A DNA stretch of 64,000 bases from Alphaproteobacteria bacterium (lineage in GTDB: Bacteria; Pseudomonadota; Alphaproteobacteria; UBA828): the NCBI GenBank assembly GCA_965220745.1, contig CBDCQT010000010.1, positions 32,001 through 96,000 of the forward strand, in the 5' to 3' direction. The translations under genes and the position numbers were made by a program. The notes under the pieces were generated by a model, which made no database searches, was not told the origin of the DNA, and saw only the letters and a list, made by a program, of their open reading frames with translations. This document shows, one piece after another, positions 41,929-52,702 of the stretch; within the stretch, counting starts at the first letter, position 1, and each line of letters opens with the position of its first letter.

Positions 41929-43242
41929 GTGACCAGCGGCGAGCTGATCTTTCTGGTCTGGAACGACCTCGTCGGGGTCTCGCGCACGCGCGGTGTGCCG
42001 GTGGGCGAGTACGAGCGCCGCAAGGCCCACGGGCTCGGCTGGGCGCTGGCGGGGCAGGCGATGACCCCGTTCGAGGACATTGCCGAGAACCCGTGGGGGC
42101 CGATGGACGAGGTGCGGCAAGTCCCCGATGATGAGACGCGGCGACGGATCGCGCTGCGTCCCGAGCACCCACCCCTTCATCTGGTTCTCTGCGACAGTCT
42201 CAACCTCGACGGCAGCCCCTGGGAATGCTGCACACGGAGCTTTCTGGCGGCCGCATTGGCTGACTTGAAGGCGGAAACGGGCCTCGACCTGCACATTGCC
42301 TACGAGAACGAGTTCGCGCTCTACGGCGAGGAGCTTCGTTGGGCGGCGCCGTTCTCGCTGGATGCCGTGCGCCGGATCGCGCCGTTCGCCGACCTCTGCG
42401 TGGCGGCCCTGATCGACGCCGATCTGGGGCTCGAAACCTTCGAGCCCGAATACGGCGTCGGGCAATTCGAGGTAACCAACGGTCCGGCCGCGGGGCTCGC
42501 GGGCGCGGACCGTGTCGTGCTCACCCGTGAAATCGTGCGGGAAGCCGCGCGCCAGAGCGGGCTGCGCGCAACCTTCGCCCCCAAGCCGGCCCCCGATGCG
42601 GTGGGCAACGGCTGCCACCTTCACTTGAGCCTTTGGGACGCCGACGGCAACGCGGCCGCCTACGACGCCGATGCGCCGGGCGAGCTCAGCACGGTTGCCG
42701 CGAGCTTCTGCGCGGGCGTGCAGCGGCACCTCGGCGCGCTTTGCGCCATGACGGCACCGAGCCCCACTTCCTACCTGCGCCTCGGCCCCCATCACTGGAG
42801 CTGCGGCTACGACATCGTCGGCGTCCAGAACCGCGAGGCCGCCATTCGCATCTGCCCGTCGCCCGCCGCCGATCCGGCCGACCGCGGCGAGGCCTTCAAC
42901 ATCGAGTTCCGCTTCACCGATGCCACGGCGAGCCCATACTTGGCCATCTGCGTGATCGTACGCGCGGGGCTCCAGGGCATCCGCGACGCGCTGCCGCGCC
43001 CGACCTTGGTGGAAGGCGAGCCGGACGATCTGAGCGCAGACGAGCGCAGCGCGCGCGGCATCAGCCGGCTCCCCACCTCGCTCGAAGAGGCTCTCGACGC
43101 GTTCGGCGCGGACGAGACCGTGAAGGGCTGGTTCACGCCCACCATGGTGAAGGCCTACACCGCCCTCAAGCGGCACGAGGTTCGGCTCTACGCGGAGTCG
43201 AGGCCCCAACACATGTGCGAACGATACATGCAGGTCTATTGA
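41929..43242 (+). CDS. Glutamine synthetase-like (gamma-glutamyl ligase) protein
   Basis: ENEF, EYGVGQFE, GNGCHLHLSL, NREAAIR, IEFRFTD. Confidence 0.88.
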   Translation: MTSGELIFLVWNDLVGVSRTRGVPVGEYERRKAHGLGWALAGQAMTPFEDIAENPWGPMDEVRQVPDDETRRRIALRPEHPPLHLVLCDSLNLDGSPWECCTRSFLAAALADLKAETGLDLHIAYENEFALYGEELRWAAPFSLDAVRRIAPFADLCVAALIDADLGLETFEPEYGVGQFEVTNGPAAGLAGADRVVLTREIVREAARQSGLRATFAPKPAPDAVGNGCHLHLSLWDADGNAAAYDADAPGELSTVAASFCAGVQRHLGALCAMTAPSPTSYLRLGPHHWSCGYDIVGVQNREAAIRICPSPAADPADRGEAFNIEFRFTDATASPYLAICVIVRAGLQGIRDALPRPTLVEGEPDDLSADERSARGISRLPTSLEEALDAFGADETVKGWFTPTMVKAYTALKRHEVRLYAESRPQHMCERYMQVY

Positions 43243-43270
43243 GCCGGCCTCAACTGGGGAGACGAAAGCC

Positions 43271-43957
43271 ATGCAACGCAGCGAGATCGATGCCATTCCC
43301 CTGGAAGGCGACGTGTCGTTCAGGCAGCGGGCGGTCGAGCCCGAACGCACCGCCCTGCTCGTCGTCGACCTTCAGAAGGGCTACTACAACGATGAGATAC
43401 GCGCGCGGGAGCCGGAACACCGATACCTCTACGACCGCATCCGCGACGTTGCGATCCCGAACGGGCAACGCCTGATCGCCGCTTGCCGCAGCGCCGGCAT
43501 CGAGGTCGTCTACACGGTGGTCGAGTGCCTCACGAAGGACGGCCGCGACCGCGGCCTCGACTACAAGATCTCCGGCATCTTCGCGGCCAAGGGCTCGTGG
43601 GAAGCCGAGGTCATCGACGAGCTGGGCCCCGGAGACGACGACATCATCATCCCGAAGACCTCCTCGAGCCTCTTCAACTCCACCAACTGCGAATACGTGC
43701 TGCGCAACCTCGGCATCGAGTACGTGATGGTCATGGGGATGCTGACCGACCAATGCGTCGAGACCGCCGTGCGCGACGGCTGCGATCGCGGCTTCCTCAT
43801 GACCCTGGTGGACGACGCGTGCGCCACGCATTCGGACGAGCGCCACCGCGAGGCCCTGCAGGGCTTCAAGGGCTATTGCCGGATCCGCACCACCGCCGAG
43901 CTGCTGGAAGAGCTGGAGCACCTACGCCCCGCGCGTCCCGCGGCGGTTTCGGCCTGA
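43271..43957 (+). CDS. Isochorismatase-family cysteine hydrolase
   Basis: ALLVVDLQ, PKTSSSLFNST, GMLTDQCVETAVRD. Confidence 0.9.
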   Translation: MQRSEIDAIPLEGDVSFRQRAVEPERTALLVVDLQKGYYNDEIRAREPEHRYLYDRIRDVAIPNGQRLIAACRSAGIEVVYTVVECLTKDGRDRGLDYKISGIFAAKGSWEAEVIDELGPGDDDIIIPKTSSSLFNSTNCEYVLRNLGIEYVMVMGMLTDQCVETAVRDGCDRGFLMTLVDDACATHSDERHREALQGFKGYCRIRTTAELLEELEHLRPARPAAVSA

Positions 43958-43960
43958 CGA

Positions 43961-44854
43961 GTGAGCGAACCCTCCGACAGCTACACGCGGCACGCGGCTC
44001 ACTTCGAACGGGTCTACGACCTCGACGATCCGAGCCCATACTTCGCGACGCTGAGGCGGGCCGATTACCGCATGCCGGTGGCGCTCGCCGGCGCGCTGAA
44101 GGCGATCCACGGACCCTTGAGCGCGGCGCGCGGCGCTGGCGAGACCTTGCGGGTGATCGACTTCGCCTGCGGCTACGGGGCCATCGGCGCGTTGTTGCGT
44201 CACGACGTCTCCATCTCGGCGCTCTATGCCCACTATGCCGCGCGGCAGTGGCAGCCGGCCGACGGGCGGCGCTACTGGGCCGACGACATCGCCTTCTTCG
44301 CCGCGCGGCGCGCGGAGACGGCGCCGTTCGACATCGGCGGCATCGACATCGCCGGGAACGCGCTCGCCTACGCGGCGGCGCTCGGCTTCGTCGACCGGGC
44401 GTACCCCGAGAATCTCGTGGAGGATGCACCCAGTGCCGGGCTGGCTCGCTACCTTCAAGGTGCGCACCTGGTGGTCGAGAGCGGCGCCCTGGGCGTGCTG
44501 TTGCCGGCCGCGTTCGCGCGCGTGCTCGATTGTGCCGGCGGCGAGCGGCCGCCCTGGTTTCTCTACAGCCCCCGCCCCGACGTGAACTGGTCCGCGCTAC
44601 ATGAGCTGTGGGCCGAGCGGGGCTATCGCACGGAGAGCTTTCTCGGCGCGCCGGTCCGTTACCGCAAGCCGCTTGAGACGCAGGAGGGCGCGGACATGCG
44701 TCGCCGCTCGCGAGGCTTCGGCAAGCCCGACGAGGCGATCATGCAGGGCGGTTACTTTCTGGTCGACATGACGCTCGCGCGGCCCGAGGCCGATACCGCC
44801 AACCCACCCATCGCCCGGTTGCGGGGCCGTATGGCCGAAGAGAGTTCGGAGTAG
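43961..44854 (+). CDS. Class I SAM-dependent methyltransferase-like protein
   Basis: F..VYDLDDPSPYF..L, VIDFACGYG, GIDIAGNALAYA. Confidence 0.65.
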   Translation: MSEPSDSYTRHAAHFERVYDLDDPSPYFATLRRADYRMPVALAGALKAIHGPLSAARGAGETLRVIDFACGYGAIGALLRHDVSISALYAHYAARQWQPADGRRYWADDIAFFAARRAETAPFDIGGIDIAGNALAYAAALGFVDRAYPENLVEDAPSAGLARYLQGAHLVVESGALGVLLPAAFARVLDCAGGERPPWFLYSPRPDVNWSALHELWAERGYRTESFLGAPVRYRKPLETQEGADMRRRSRGFGKPDEAIMQGGYFLVDMTLARPEADTANPPIARLRGRMAEESSE

Positions 44855-44857
44855 CGC

Positions 44858-47800
44858 TCAGCGCGCCCCTCCGGTTGCTGCAGCGAGCTGGCGGGTGACG
44901 AGCTGACTGTAGAGCCCGGCACGGGCGAGCAGGGCTTCGTGGGTGCCGGTCTCGACGATGCGGCCGTCGTCGAGCACCACGATGGTGTCGGCGTCGCGCA
45001 CGGTGGAGAGGCGATGGGCGATTACCACCGTGGTGCGCTCGGCCATCAGCTCCGAGAGCGCGCGTCGCAGCATCGCCTCGTTCACCGCATCGAGGTGCGA
45101 GGTCGCCTCGTCCAGGATCAGGATCGGTGCGTTCTTGAGGACGGCGCGGGCGACCGCGACTCGCTGCCGCTGCCCGCCCGAGAGCTGCGTGCCTCGCTCG
45201 CCGACGCGGGTCTCCAGCCCCTCCGGTAGCGCCGCCACGAAATCGTCCAACGCGGCACGGCGCACCGCCTCGGCAAGCTCGGCCTCCGAGGCGTCGGGGC
45301 GGGCGATCAGGATGTTGGCGCGGAGCGTGTCGTTGAAGAGGTAGGTGTCCTGCGCCACCAGCGCGATGCGGGCGCGGAGCGCATCGAGCGTCCAGTCCCG
45401 CACGTCCTCGCCGTCCAGCCGCACCGTGCCCTCAGCCGGATCCCAGAAGCGCATGAAGAGGTGGGCGATGGTGGTCTTGCCCGCGCCGGAGGGGCCCACC
45501 AGCGCCAGCGTCTCGCCGGGGCGGACCGTGAGCGTGACGTCGTCGAGCGCCGGCCGCCTGGTGCCCACGTAGGTGAAGCTCACGCCTGCCATCTCCAGCG
45601 CCGGCGCATCCGGCGCAGGCGCGGCGCCGGGCCCGTCCGCCACCCTGACCTGTGCGCTGTGCACGGCGTGCAGCCGCCGGGTCGCGCCCAGGGTGTCGGC
45701 AAGCTGGCGGCCGATGTGGGCGATCTCGGAGACCGGCAGGAAGGTCGCCATGGCGAGGATCGCGAGAAGCGGCAGCATCGCCGCCTCCAGCCAGCCGGCG
45801 GCGATCCAGGCGGTGCCGGCCATCATCACGGCAAGCCCGCCGAGACCGGTCGCCGTCTCGATCAGCGCCATCTGGAACGTGAGGTCGCGGTAGTAAGGCA
45901 TGCGCACGCGGTGATGGCCCCGCACGAAATCCAGGAACACCTTGCGCCGCGCCGCCTGCTGGCCGAAAGCCAAAAGCTCCGTCAGCCCCTGGATCGTGTC
46001 CACCGCATGGGCGTTGAGCAGGCCCAGCATCTCGCGCGCCCGCCCGCCCAACCGGTCCAGCCGCTTGCGCAAGAAGAAGGGGCTGAGCCCCACCAGCAGG
46101 ATGAAGGGCGCGAGCGCCGCCGCCGTCGGCCAGCCGTAGACCAGCAGCGTCGCCATCACCGCCGCCGGCACCAGGATCGCGACCAGCGCCGGCGCGATCG
46201 TGTGGGCGAAGAAGTACTCCACCAGCTCCACGTCCTGCGTGGCCATGCCGACGATGTCGCCGGTGCGCCGGCGCAGCAGGTAGGCGGGCGCGAGTCGGTC
46301 CAGCTTGTCGTAGAGCGCGATCCGCATCTCGGTGAGCAGCCGGAAGGCCATGTCGTGGGCAACCCAGGATTCGAGCCAGTGCAGCAGGCCGGCAAGGGGG
46401 GCCGTGGCGTAGAGCGCGATCAGCAGCCCGCCCACCGGCGTGCCCAGCTTCAGCCCGGCCACCACCAGCGCGCTCAACACGCCGATGCCGATGAAGGCCA
46501 CCACGCGGGCGACGCCGAGCCCGAAAGCGAGGTTCACGCGGCTGCGGAAGGGCCGCACCAGGCCGAGCAGGCGCATCCAGGCGCTCCACCAGCCGAGACC
46601 CTCGGCCCGCAGCACCTCGTCATCGGGCTCGATGGCTGCGGCGGCAAGATGGCGGTCCTCGGTGGTCGGCTCGATCGCGGGCTCGGCGCCCGGCGCCGCG
46701 GGTGGCGGTGCCTCCAGCCCCTCCCGCACCTGGTCTGCCATCAGGCGGTGGTAGACGCCCTGCTTCGCCATCAGCGCCGCGTGGCGCCCGCTTTCCACCA
46801 CGCGGCCTTCGTCCAGCACGAGGATGCGGTCGGCGTCGATCACGCTGGAGAGCCGGTGCGCCATGATCAGCACCGTCCGCCCGCCCATGAGCCGGCCAAG
46901 CGCGTCCTGGATCACCGCCTCGTTCTCGGCATCGACCGAGGAGAGCGCCTCGTCCAGCAGCAGGATCGGCGCGTCGCGCAGCAGCGCGCGGGCGATGGCG
47001 ATGCGCTGGCGCTGCCCGCCCGAGAGGCGGATGCCGCGCTCGCCGATCACCGTGTCGTAGCCCTGCGGCAGCCGGGCGATGAAGCCGTGCGCGTTGGCCG
47101 CCCGCGCCGCTGCTTCCACCTCGTCGTCGCTCGCGTCCGGCTTGCCGAAGCGGATGTTCTCCGCCGCGGTGCCGTGGAACAGGTAGGTGTCCTGGTTCAC
47201 AACGCCGAAGCGCGCGCGCAAGGCCGCGCGGTCCAGCGTGCGCAAGTCCTGGCCACCGAGCAGGATGCGCCCCTCTTGCGGGTCGTCGAAGCGCATGAGC
47301 AGGCGCAGGATCGTGGACTTGCCGGCGCCGCTCGCGCCCACGATACCGACCCGCTCGCCCGCGCCGACGGTGAAGGAAAGCCCGGCGTGGGCCGCGCGTC
47401 GGCCGCCCGGATAGGCGAAGTGCACGTCCTCGAAGGCTAGGGTCGGGGCGAGCGGGGCGGCATCCGCGGCGCCGTCGGCATCCTCGATGGCGGGCCTGGT
47501 GTCGAGCAGGCGGAACAGGCTTTGGGCCGCAGACTGCCCGTGCATCCCCGTGTGCAGCAGCGCGCGCAAGTCGCGCATGGGCCGGAAAACTTCGACCCCC
47601 ATCATCAGCACGATGAGCAGCACCTCGATGCCGATGGTGCCGTCGGCGACACGGACAGCGCCGACCCCCAGCGCCGCCGCCGCACCGACCGCGATGCCGG
47701 CGTCGGTAATGCCGCGCGAGGCCGAGTTGCTGGCCAGCACCCACATGGTGCTGCGGAAGAGATCGTGCGCCTTCTCTGCCAGGAAGCGCCCTCGCGCGCT

Positions 47801-48442
47801 GCTCTGACCGAAGGCCTTGAGCGTGGCCAGCCCCTGCACGGAGTCCAGAAGCTCGGCGCCGTAGGCCGCATACGCTGCCTGCCGCGCCTTTGCCGCCCTC
47901 ATGTCCCAATGGTGGAAGGCCACGGGTGCCACGAGGGTGAGCAGGGCGAAGCCGAGGAGGACGCCGGCGAGCGGCAGGTCGAGGAAGGCGGCGAAGACGA
48001 AGATGCCGAAGGGCGTGACCGCGGCGACGACGAGCTGCGGCAGGTACTGGCCGAAATAGGTCTCAAGCTGCTCGACGCCGTCGATCACGCTGAGCAGCAC
48101 TTCGCCAGAGCGCTGCCCGCCGAACTGGCCGGGGCCGAGCGCCGCGATCTGGTCGAAGAGTCGGGCGCGAATCTGGTGCTGCACCAGGGCGGCGGTGTGA
48201 TGTGCGGCCATGGTGCGCCAGTACTCCAGCACGCCGCGCGCGAGCATGGCGGCGGCCACGGCGACGATGGGCAGGATCAGGTCGCCGAAGCTCTCGCCCT
48301 GAAAGACCCGCCCGAGCAGCCAGCCGAGCAGCGCCAGCCGCGCGATCCCGACCGCCGCAGAGAGCAGGCCGAGCACGACCGCGCCCGCGATGCGCAGCCG
48401 CAAGCCCTCGGTGAACTGCCACAACCTGGGGTCGAAATACAT
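44858..48442 (-). CDS. Full-length fused ABC exporter (TMD-NBD-TMD-NBD; CydDC-like)
   Basis: Starts MYFDPRLWQF; two Walker A (GASGAGKS, GPSGAGKT) and two LSGGQRQR signatures. Confidence 0.88.
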   Translation of the reverse strand: MYFDPRLWQFTEGLRLRIAGAVVLGLLSAAVGIARLALLGWLLGRVFQGESFGDLILPIVAVAAAMLARGVLEYWRTMAAHHTAALVQHQIRARLFDQIAALGPGQFGGQRSGEVLLSVIDGVEQLETYFGQYLPQLVVAAVTPFGIFVFAAFLDLPLAGVLLGFALLTLVAPVAFHHWDMRAAKARQAAYAAYGAELLDSVQGLATLKAFGQSSARGRFLAEKAHDLFRSTMWVLASNSASRGITDAGIAVGAAAALGVGAVRVADGTIGIEVLLIVLMMGVEVFRPMRDLRALLHTGMHGQSAAQSLFRLLDTRPAIEDADGAADAAPLAPTLAFEDVHFAYPGGRRAAHAGLSFTVGAGERVGIVGASGAGKSTILRLLMRFDDPQEGRILLGGQDLRTLDRAALRARFGVVNQDTYLFHGTAAENIRFGKPDASDDEVEAAARAANAHGFIARLPQGYDTVIGERGIRLSGGQRQRIAIARALLRDAPILLLDEALSSVDAENEAVIQDALGRLMGGRTVLIMAHRLSSVIDADRILVLDEGRVVESGRHAALMAKQGVYHRLMADQVREGLEAPPPAAPGAEPAIEPTTEDRHLAAAAIEPDDEVLRAEGLGWWSAWMRLLGLVRPFRSRVNLAFGLGVARVVAFIGIGVLSALVVAGLKLGTPVGGLLIALYATAPLAGLLHWLESWVAHDMAFRLLTEMRIALYDKLDRLAPAYLLRRRTGDIVGMATQDVELVEYFFAHTIAPALVAILVPAAVMATLLVYGWPTAAALAPFILLVGLSPFFLRKRLDRLGGRAREMLGLLNAHAVDTIQGLTELLAFGQQAARRKVFLDFVRGHHRVRMPYYRDLTFQMALIETATGLGGLAVMMAGTAWIAAGWLEAAMLPLLAILAMATFLPVSEIAHIGRQLADTLGATRRLHAVHSAQVRVADGPGAAPAPDAPALEMAGVSFTYVGTRRPALDDVTLTVRPGETLALVGPSGAGKTTIAHLFMRFWDPAEGTVRLDGEDVRDWTLDALRARIALVAQDTYLFNDTLRANILIARPDASEAELAEAVRRAALDDFVAALPEGLETRVGERGTQLSGGQRQRVAVARAVLKNAPILILDEATSHLDAVNEAMLRRALSELMAERTTVVIAHRLSTVRDADTIVVLDDGRIVETGTHEALLARAGLYSQLVTRQLAAATGGAR

Positions 48443-48593
48443 GCGCGCCGTCCGTCGAACCCGCCCCCATCGACCACAAAGGCGCGGCGTTGTCCATGCC
48501 AGGAGCCGCGCCCCGCGATCACGCGGAAGTGGGATGTATGTGATCCGGGCATTGGCATAAGATGCGCGTGGTCCTGCGCTTGGGAGGATTGCC

Positions 48594-49442
48594 ATGGTTG
48601 CGCAGCTCGTCGACCGGATGGTGTCCATCGGAGACGGCATCGACCTTCACTACGTGGAGGCCGGCGAGGGCAGGCCGCTCATCATCATCCCCTCCTGGTC
48701 GCTCACCGGCGCAGCCTACCGGCACCAGCTCCAGGCGCTCTCGGGGGCGCGGCGCGTGATGGCCTTCGACATGCGGGGCCACGGGGATTCGACCACGCCG
48801 GCGGGCGGCTACCGCGTGAGCCGGCTCGCGGCCGACCTGCGCGCCGTGATCGAGCGGCTGGCACTCGACGAAGTCGACCTGATGGGCCACTCCATCGGCT
48901 CGTCGATCATCTGGAGCTACATCGACCTCTTCGGCGAAGACCGTCTGGGGCGCCTCATCTTCGTGGACCAGGCGCCGTCGGTCACCGCGAAGGCCGACTG
49001 GTCGGCGGAAGAGCGCGTAACCTACGGCTGCCTGTTGCCGGACCTGAACGCGCTCGCCGAGTTCTACCTCCAGGTGCTGGCGGCGGAGACGCCTGAGGCC
49101 ACCGTGCCGGTGATCGCGCGCCTGTTTTCACCGTCGCTACATGCGGCGGAGCTGCTCTGGTTCGCGCGCGAGATATGCAAGCTGCCGCGCCGGCACGCGG
49201 CCGACCTGCTCCACGACCACTGCGGGCTCGACTGGCGCGACGTGATCAAGCGCGTGCGGCGGCCGACGCTGGTGGTGGGCGCGGAGGCCAGCATCTTCTC
49301 GGCAGAGTCCCAGGAGTGGATCGCGGCGCAGATCCCCGGCGCCGAGGTCGAAATCTTCAATGCCGACGAGGGCGGCTCGCACTTCATGTGCTACGAGAAC
49401 CCGACCAAGTTCAACGCGCTGGTGGAGGCCTTCCTCGCTTGA
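48594..49442 (+). CDS. Alpha/beta hydrolase (non-heme haloperoxidase-like)
   Basis: FDMRGHGDS, GHSIG nucleophile elbow, GSHFM. Confidence 0.88.
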   Translation: MVAQLVDRMVSIGDGIDLHYVEAGEGRPLIIIPSWSLTGAAYRHQLQALSGARRVMAFDMRGHGDSTTPAGGYRVSRLAADLRAVIERLALDEVDLMGHSIGSSIIWSYIDLFGEDRLGRLIFVDQAPSVTAKADWSAEERVTYGCLLPDLNALAEFYLQVLAAETPEATVPVIARLFSPSLHAAELLWFAREICKLPRRHAADLLHDHCGLDWRDVIKRVRRPTLVVGAEASIFSAESQEWIAAQIPGAEVEIFNADEGGSHFMCYENPTKFNALVEAFLA

Positions 49443-49523
49443 TCGCGATCGGGCCAGGCTTCACGGCTCTGGTTTCACACATAATGTCACTCTATTATAT
49501 GTGATGAAATATGAGGTCGGGTC

Positions 49524-49874
49524 ATGCAGTTCCAGGATTTCGTCGCGGATCAGGTATTCTCGCCAACTCTGATTGCGGACGAGCTGCGCACCACCAAGGC
49601 CGAGATCGCCGGCACCCTGGGCCTCGGCAAGGACGCGTTCACCCGCACCTCGCGCGTCCGGGCACGCAAGACCCAGGTTCGTCTTCGCCAGATGCTAGAG
49701 ATTCTCAACCGCGTCGAGGCCGCGACCGGATCGCCGATTGCGGCCTATGCCTGGTTCCGCGCCGAGCCGCTGCCGGGCTTCGGCGGCGCCACGCCGGACC
49801 AGTTGGTGCGCGAGGGCAGAGCCGAGCACGTGCACGCGTATCTCGACCGGATCGCGGCAGGCGGTTACGCCTGA
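49524..49874 (+). CDS. Xre/MbcA/ParS-type antitoxin
   Basis: AYAWFRAEPLPGFGGATPDQLVREG; directly upstream of RES gene. Confidence 0.85.
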   Translation: MQFQDFVADQVFSPTLIADELRTTKAEIAGTLGLGKDAFTRTSRVRARKTQVRLRQMLEILNRVEAATGSPIAAYAWFRAEPLPGFGGATPDQLVREGRAEHVHAYLDRIAAGGYA

Positions 49875-49889
49875 GCCCAAACCGTTCCG

Positions 49890-50402
49890 ATGCGATTCCG
49901 GGGGCTGGTCTACCGGGCGCACAACCCGCAGTGGTCGTGGACGCCGCTCTCCGGCGAGGGTGCGCGCCGTCACGGCGGGCGTTTCAACCGGCGCGGCGTG
50001 CCGGCGCTCTATACATCGCTCGATCCCCTCACAGCGATACGCGAAGCGCAACCCCTGGGCCGCCCGATGCAGCCGCTTACCCTTTGCGCCTACGAGGTCG
50101 ATGTCGAATCTGTCTTCGACGCGCTAAACGAAGTGAGCCGTCGGGACCAGGGCTTGAGCGATGCCGATCTGGCCTGCCCAACCTGGGAGGCGGACATGCT
50201 GGCCGGCGCCGTCCCCGCATCGCAGGCTCTCGCGGATCGTCTGATCGCCGCAGGCTACGCCGGTATGCGGGTCCGAAGCTTTGCCATTGGCGCCGGCGCC
50301 GACGATGTCAATCTCGTGATGTGGCGATGGGGCGCCGACCCGCCCGCTCGCGTGGCCCTGATCGACGATGAGGACCGGCTCTCCGGCAGGGAGGAGCGTT
50401 GA
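49890..50402 (+). CDS. RES-domain toxin (NAD+ phosphorylase-like)
   Basis: YRAH, GEGARRHGGRFN, ALYTS..TAIRE, VRSF, NLVMW. Confidence 0.88.
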   Translation: MRFRGLVYRAHNPQWSWTPLSGEGARRHGGRFNRRGVPALYTSLDPLTAIREAQPLGRPMQPLTLCAYEVDVESVFDALNEVSRRDQGLSDADLACPTWEADMLAGAVPASQALADRLIAAGYAGMRVRSFAIGAGADDVNLVMWRWGADPPARVALIDDEDRLSGREER

Positions 50403-50588
50403 TCGGGCGCCGGCCCCTCGCGGCGCGGGGTCGAAGAGAAACGTGCCGCCGGTGAGTCCGGTCCAACCGTGACTTGCCGGGGTGAGCCGGTATATTGCGG
50501 CGCGAGCCGCCGCCCATCAGCGGCTAGCGGCCGGCGATGACGTCCTGACCTTTCGCCGAGACGGGCAGCACGAGCAAGGGAGACATTG

Positions 50589-51554
50589 ATGCAACTGAGC
50601 AGGGACGAACTGCTGAGCGCGTATCGCACGATGGCGACGGCCCGGCACTTCGAGGAGAGCGTTTTTCAGAACTTCTCGGACGGCAAGATTCCGGGCTTCG
50701 TTCACCTCTCCGCCGGACAGGAGGCGACGGCGGCCGGCGTCTACATGGCGCTGGACGACCGGGACTGGATCGCGACGACCCATCGCGCCCACGGCCAGTG
50801 CATCGCCCGCGGCCTGGATCTGCAGGAGACCATGGACGAAATCTACGGCGCGACCACCGGCGTCTGCGGCGGCAAGGGCGGCTCGATGCACATTGCGGAC
50901 CTCGACAAGGGGATGCTGGGCGCGAACGGGATCATCGGCGCGACCGGTCCTCTGGCGGTGGGCGCCGGCCTCTCGGCCAGAGCGAAGGGCGAGAACGGCG
51001 TCGCCGTGGCCTTCTACGGCGATGGCGGTTCCAACCAGGGCTTGATCTTCGAAGCCTACAACCTGGCGAACATCTGGAAGCTGCCCGTGATCTTCATTTG
51101 CGAAGACAACGGCTATGCCGAGGCGACTCCCTCATCCTATTCGGTCGCAGGCTCGCAGGTGGCCCGCGCGAACGGCTTCGGCATGCCGGCCGTCGAGGTT
51201 GACGGCTTCGATTTCTTCGCGGTCTACGACGCGATGAGAGACGCGGTCGAACGCGCCCGCAATGGCGAGGGCCCGAGCCTGATTCACATCAAGACCGCCC
51301 GCTTCTACGGCCACTTCGTCGGCGATGCGCAGACCTACCGGGGGGACGGAGAAATCGACAAGCTTCGCGCCGAGAAGGACTGCCTGAACATGTTCCGCGA
51401 GAAGGTCGTCGAGACGGGTCTGCTGACCGGCGAACAGCTCGATGAGATTTTCGAGGAGGAGAGAGCGCGGGTGGCAGATGCCGCGTCAGTCGCTCAGGTC
51501 GCGCCGCGTGCCACCGAGGCCGATCTCATGACCGACGTTTACGCCTCTTACTGA
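50589..51554 (+). CDS. acoA: TPP-dependent dehydrogenase E1 alpha (acetoin dehydrogenase-like)
   Basis: IPGFVHLSAGQEA, GKGGSMH, GDGGSNQG...EDNGY, RFYGHFVGD. Confidence 0.85.
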   Translation: MQLSRDELLSAYRTMATARHFEESVFQNFSDGKIPGFVHLSAGQEATAAGVYMALDDRDWIATTHRAHGQCIARGLDLQETMDEIYGATTGVCGGKGGSMHIADLDKGMLGANGIIGATGPLAVGAGLSARAKGENGVAVAFYGDGGSNQGLIFEAYNLANIWKLPVIFICEDNGYAEATPSSYSVAGSQVARANGFGMPAVEVDGFDFFAVYDAMRDAVERARNGEGPSLIHIKTARFYGHFVGDAQTYRGDGEIDKLRAEKDCLNMFREKVVETGLLTGEQLDEIFEEERARVADAASVAQVAPRATEADLMTDVYASY

Positions 51555-51568
51555 GCGGGGGACCGACA

Positions 51569-52573
51569 ATGCCGATGAAATCATACAGGGCCGCCATCAA
51601 CGAGGCGATGGCAGGCGAGATGCGGCGCGATTCCTCGGTCATCGTGATGGGCGAGGACGTGTCCGGCGGAACCGGCGCTCCCGGCGAGGACGATGCCTGG
51701 GGCGGCCCGCTTGGCGTGACCAAGGGGCTTCATACCGAGTTCGGACCGACGCGGGTGCTGGACACGCCGATCGCGGAAGGCGGCTTCATCGGGGCAGCGG
51801 CCGGCGCGGCGGTAACCGGCATGCGCCCCATCGTCGATCTAATGTTCGTCGACTTCCTCGGGGTCTGCTTCGACGCGATCTACAACCAGGCGGGGAAGTT
51901 CCGCTACATGTTCGGCGGCAAGGCCGAGACCCCGCTGGTGGTCAGGACGATGTATGGCGCAGGCCTCAGGGCTGCGTCGCAGCACAGCCAGGTGCTCTAT
52001 TCGCTCTTCACCCATGTGCCCGGCGTGAAGGTGGTCGTTCCCTCGAACCCCTATGACGCCAAGGGGCTGATGATCCAGTCCATTCGCGACAACGATCCCG
52101 TCGTCTTCTTCGAGCACAAGGCGATGTACGACGACGAGGCCGACGTTCCCGACGAGGCCTACACGGTCCCCTTCGGCGAAGCGAACGTGGTTCGCGAAGG
52201 CGAGGACGTCACCATCGTCGCGATCGGCAAGATGGTGCATCTGGCCAATGAGGCAGCCGACAATCTGGCGAAGGACGGCATTTCCTGCACGGTGATCGAC
52301 CCGCGCACGGTCTCGCCGCTGGACGAGGAAACCATCCTCGAAGAGGTCGAGGCGACCGGCCGTCTGGTCGTTGTGGACGAGAGCCATCCCCGCTGCTCCA
52401 TGGCGGCCGATATTTCGTCCATCGTGGCGCAGAAGGCGTTCAAGTCGTTGAAGGCCGCCATCGAGAAGGTCACGGCGCCGCACTGCCCGGTCCCCTTCGC
52501 GCCCGAGCTCGAGGACCTCTACATCCCGAAGGTGGAGGACGTGGAGGCGGCCGTTCGGCGCACCATGGCCTGA
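51569..52573 (+). CDS. acoB: TPP-dependent dehydrogenase E1 beta (acetoin dehydrogenase-like)
   Basis: GEDV..G..DDAWGGPLGVTKGL, DTPIAE, QHSQ, FEHK. Confidence 0.85.
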   Translation: MPMKSYRAAINEAMAGEMRRDSSVIVMGEDVSGGTGAPGEDDAWGGPLGVTKGLHTEFGPTRVLDTPIAEGGFIGAAAGAAVTGMRPIVDLMFVDFLGVCFDAIYNQAGKFRYMFGGKAETPLVVRTMYGAGLRAASQHSQVLYSLFTHVPGVKVVVPSNPYDAKGLMIQSIRDNDPVVFFEHKAMYDDEADVPDEAYTVPFGEANVVREGEDVTIVAIGKMVHLANEAADNLAKDGISCTVIDPRTVSPLDEETILEEVEATGRLVVVDESHPRCSMAADISSIVAQKAFKSLKAAIEKVTAPHCPVPFAPELEDLYIPKVEDVEAAVRRTMA

Positions 52574-52702
52574 GCGGGGGTTTGCCCCGACCGAGAGCGC
52601 GTGCCGTTTGACAGGTTTCGGCCTTTTTCCTAGCGTCGCGCACCGGCACGCGGCTCGCCGGCGCCGGGGGAGGGCCCTGGGGATAGCCCAAGGGATGGCG
52701 AT

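Noticed and set aside
41723-41932. Short ORF loosely resembling a GntR FCD C-terminus
   Set aside because: Too short and the similarity too weak to support.
39395-42172. 925-aa hydantoinase A with long N-terminal extension
   Set aside because: The family motif IDMGGTFTD begins just after the ATG at 41428; the extension overlaps the opposite-strand GS-like gene.
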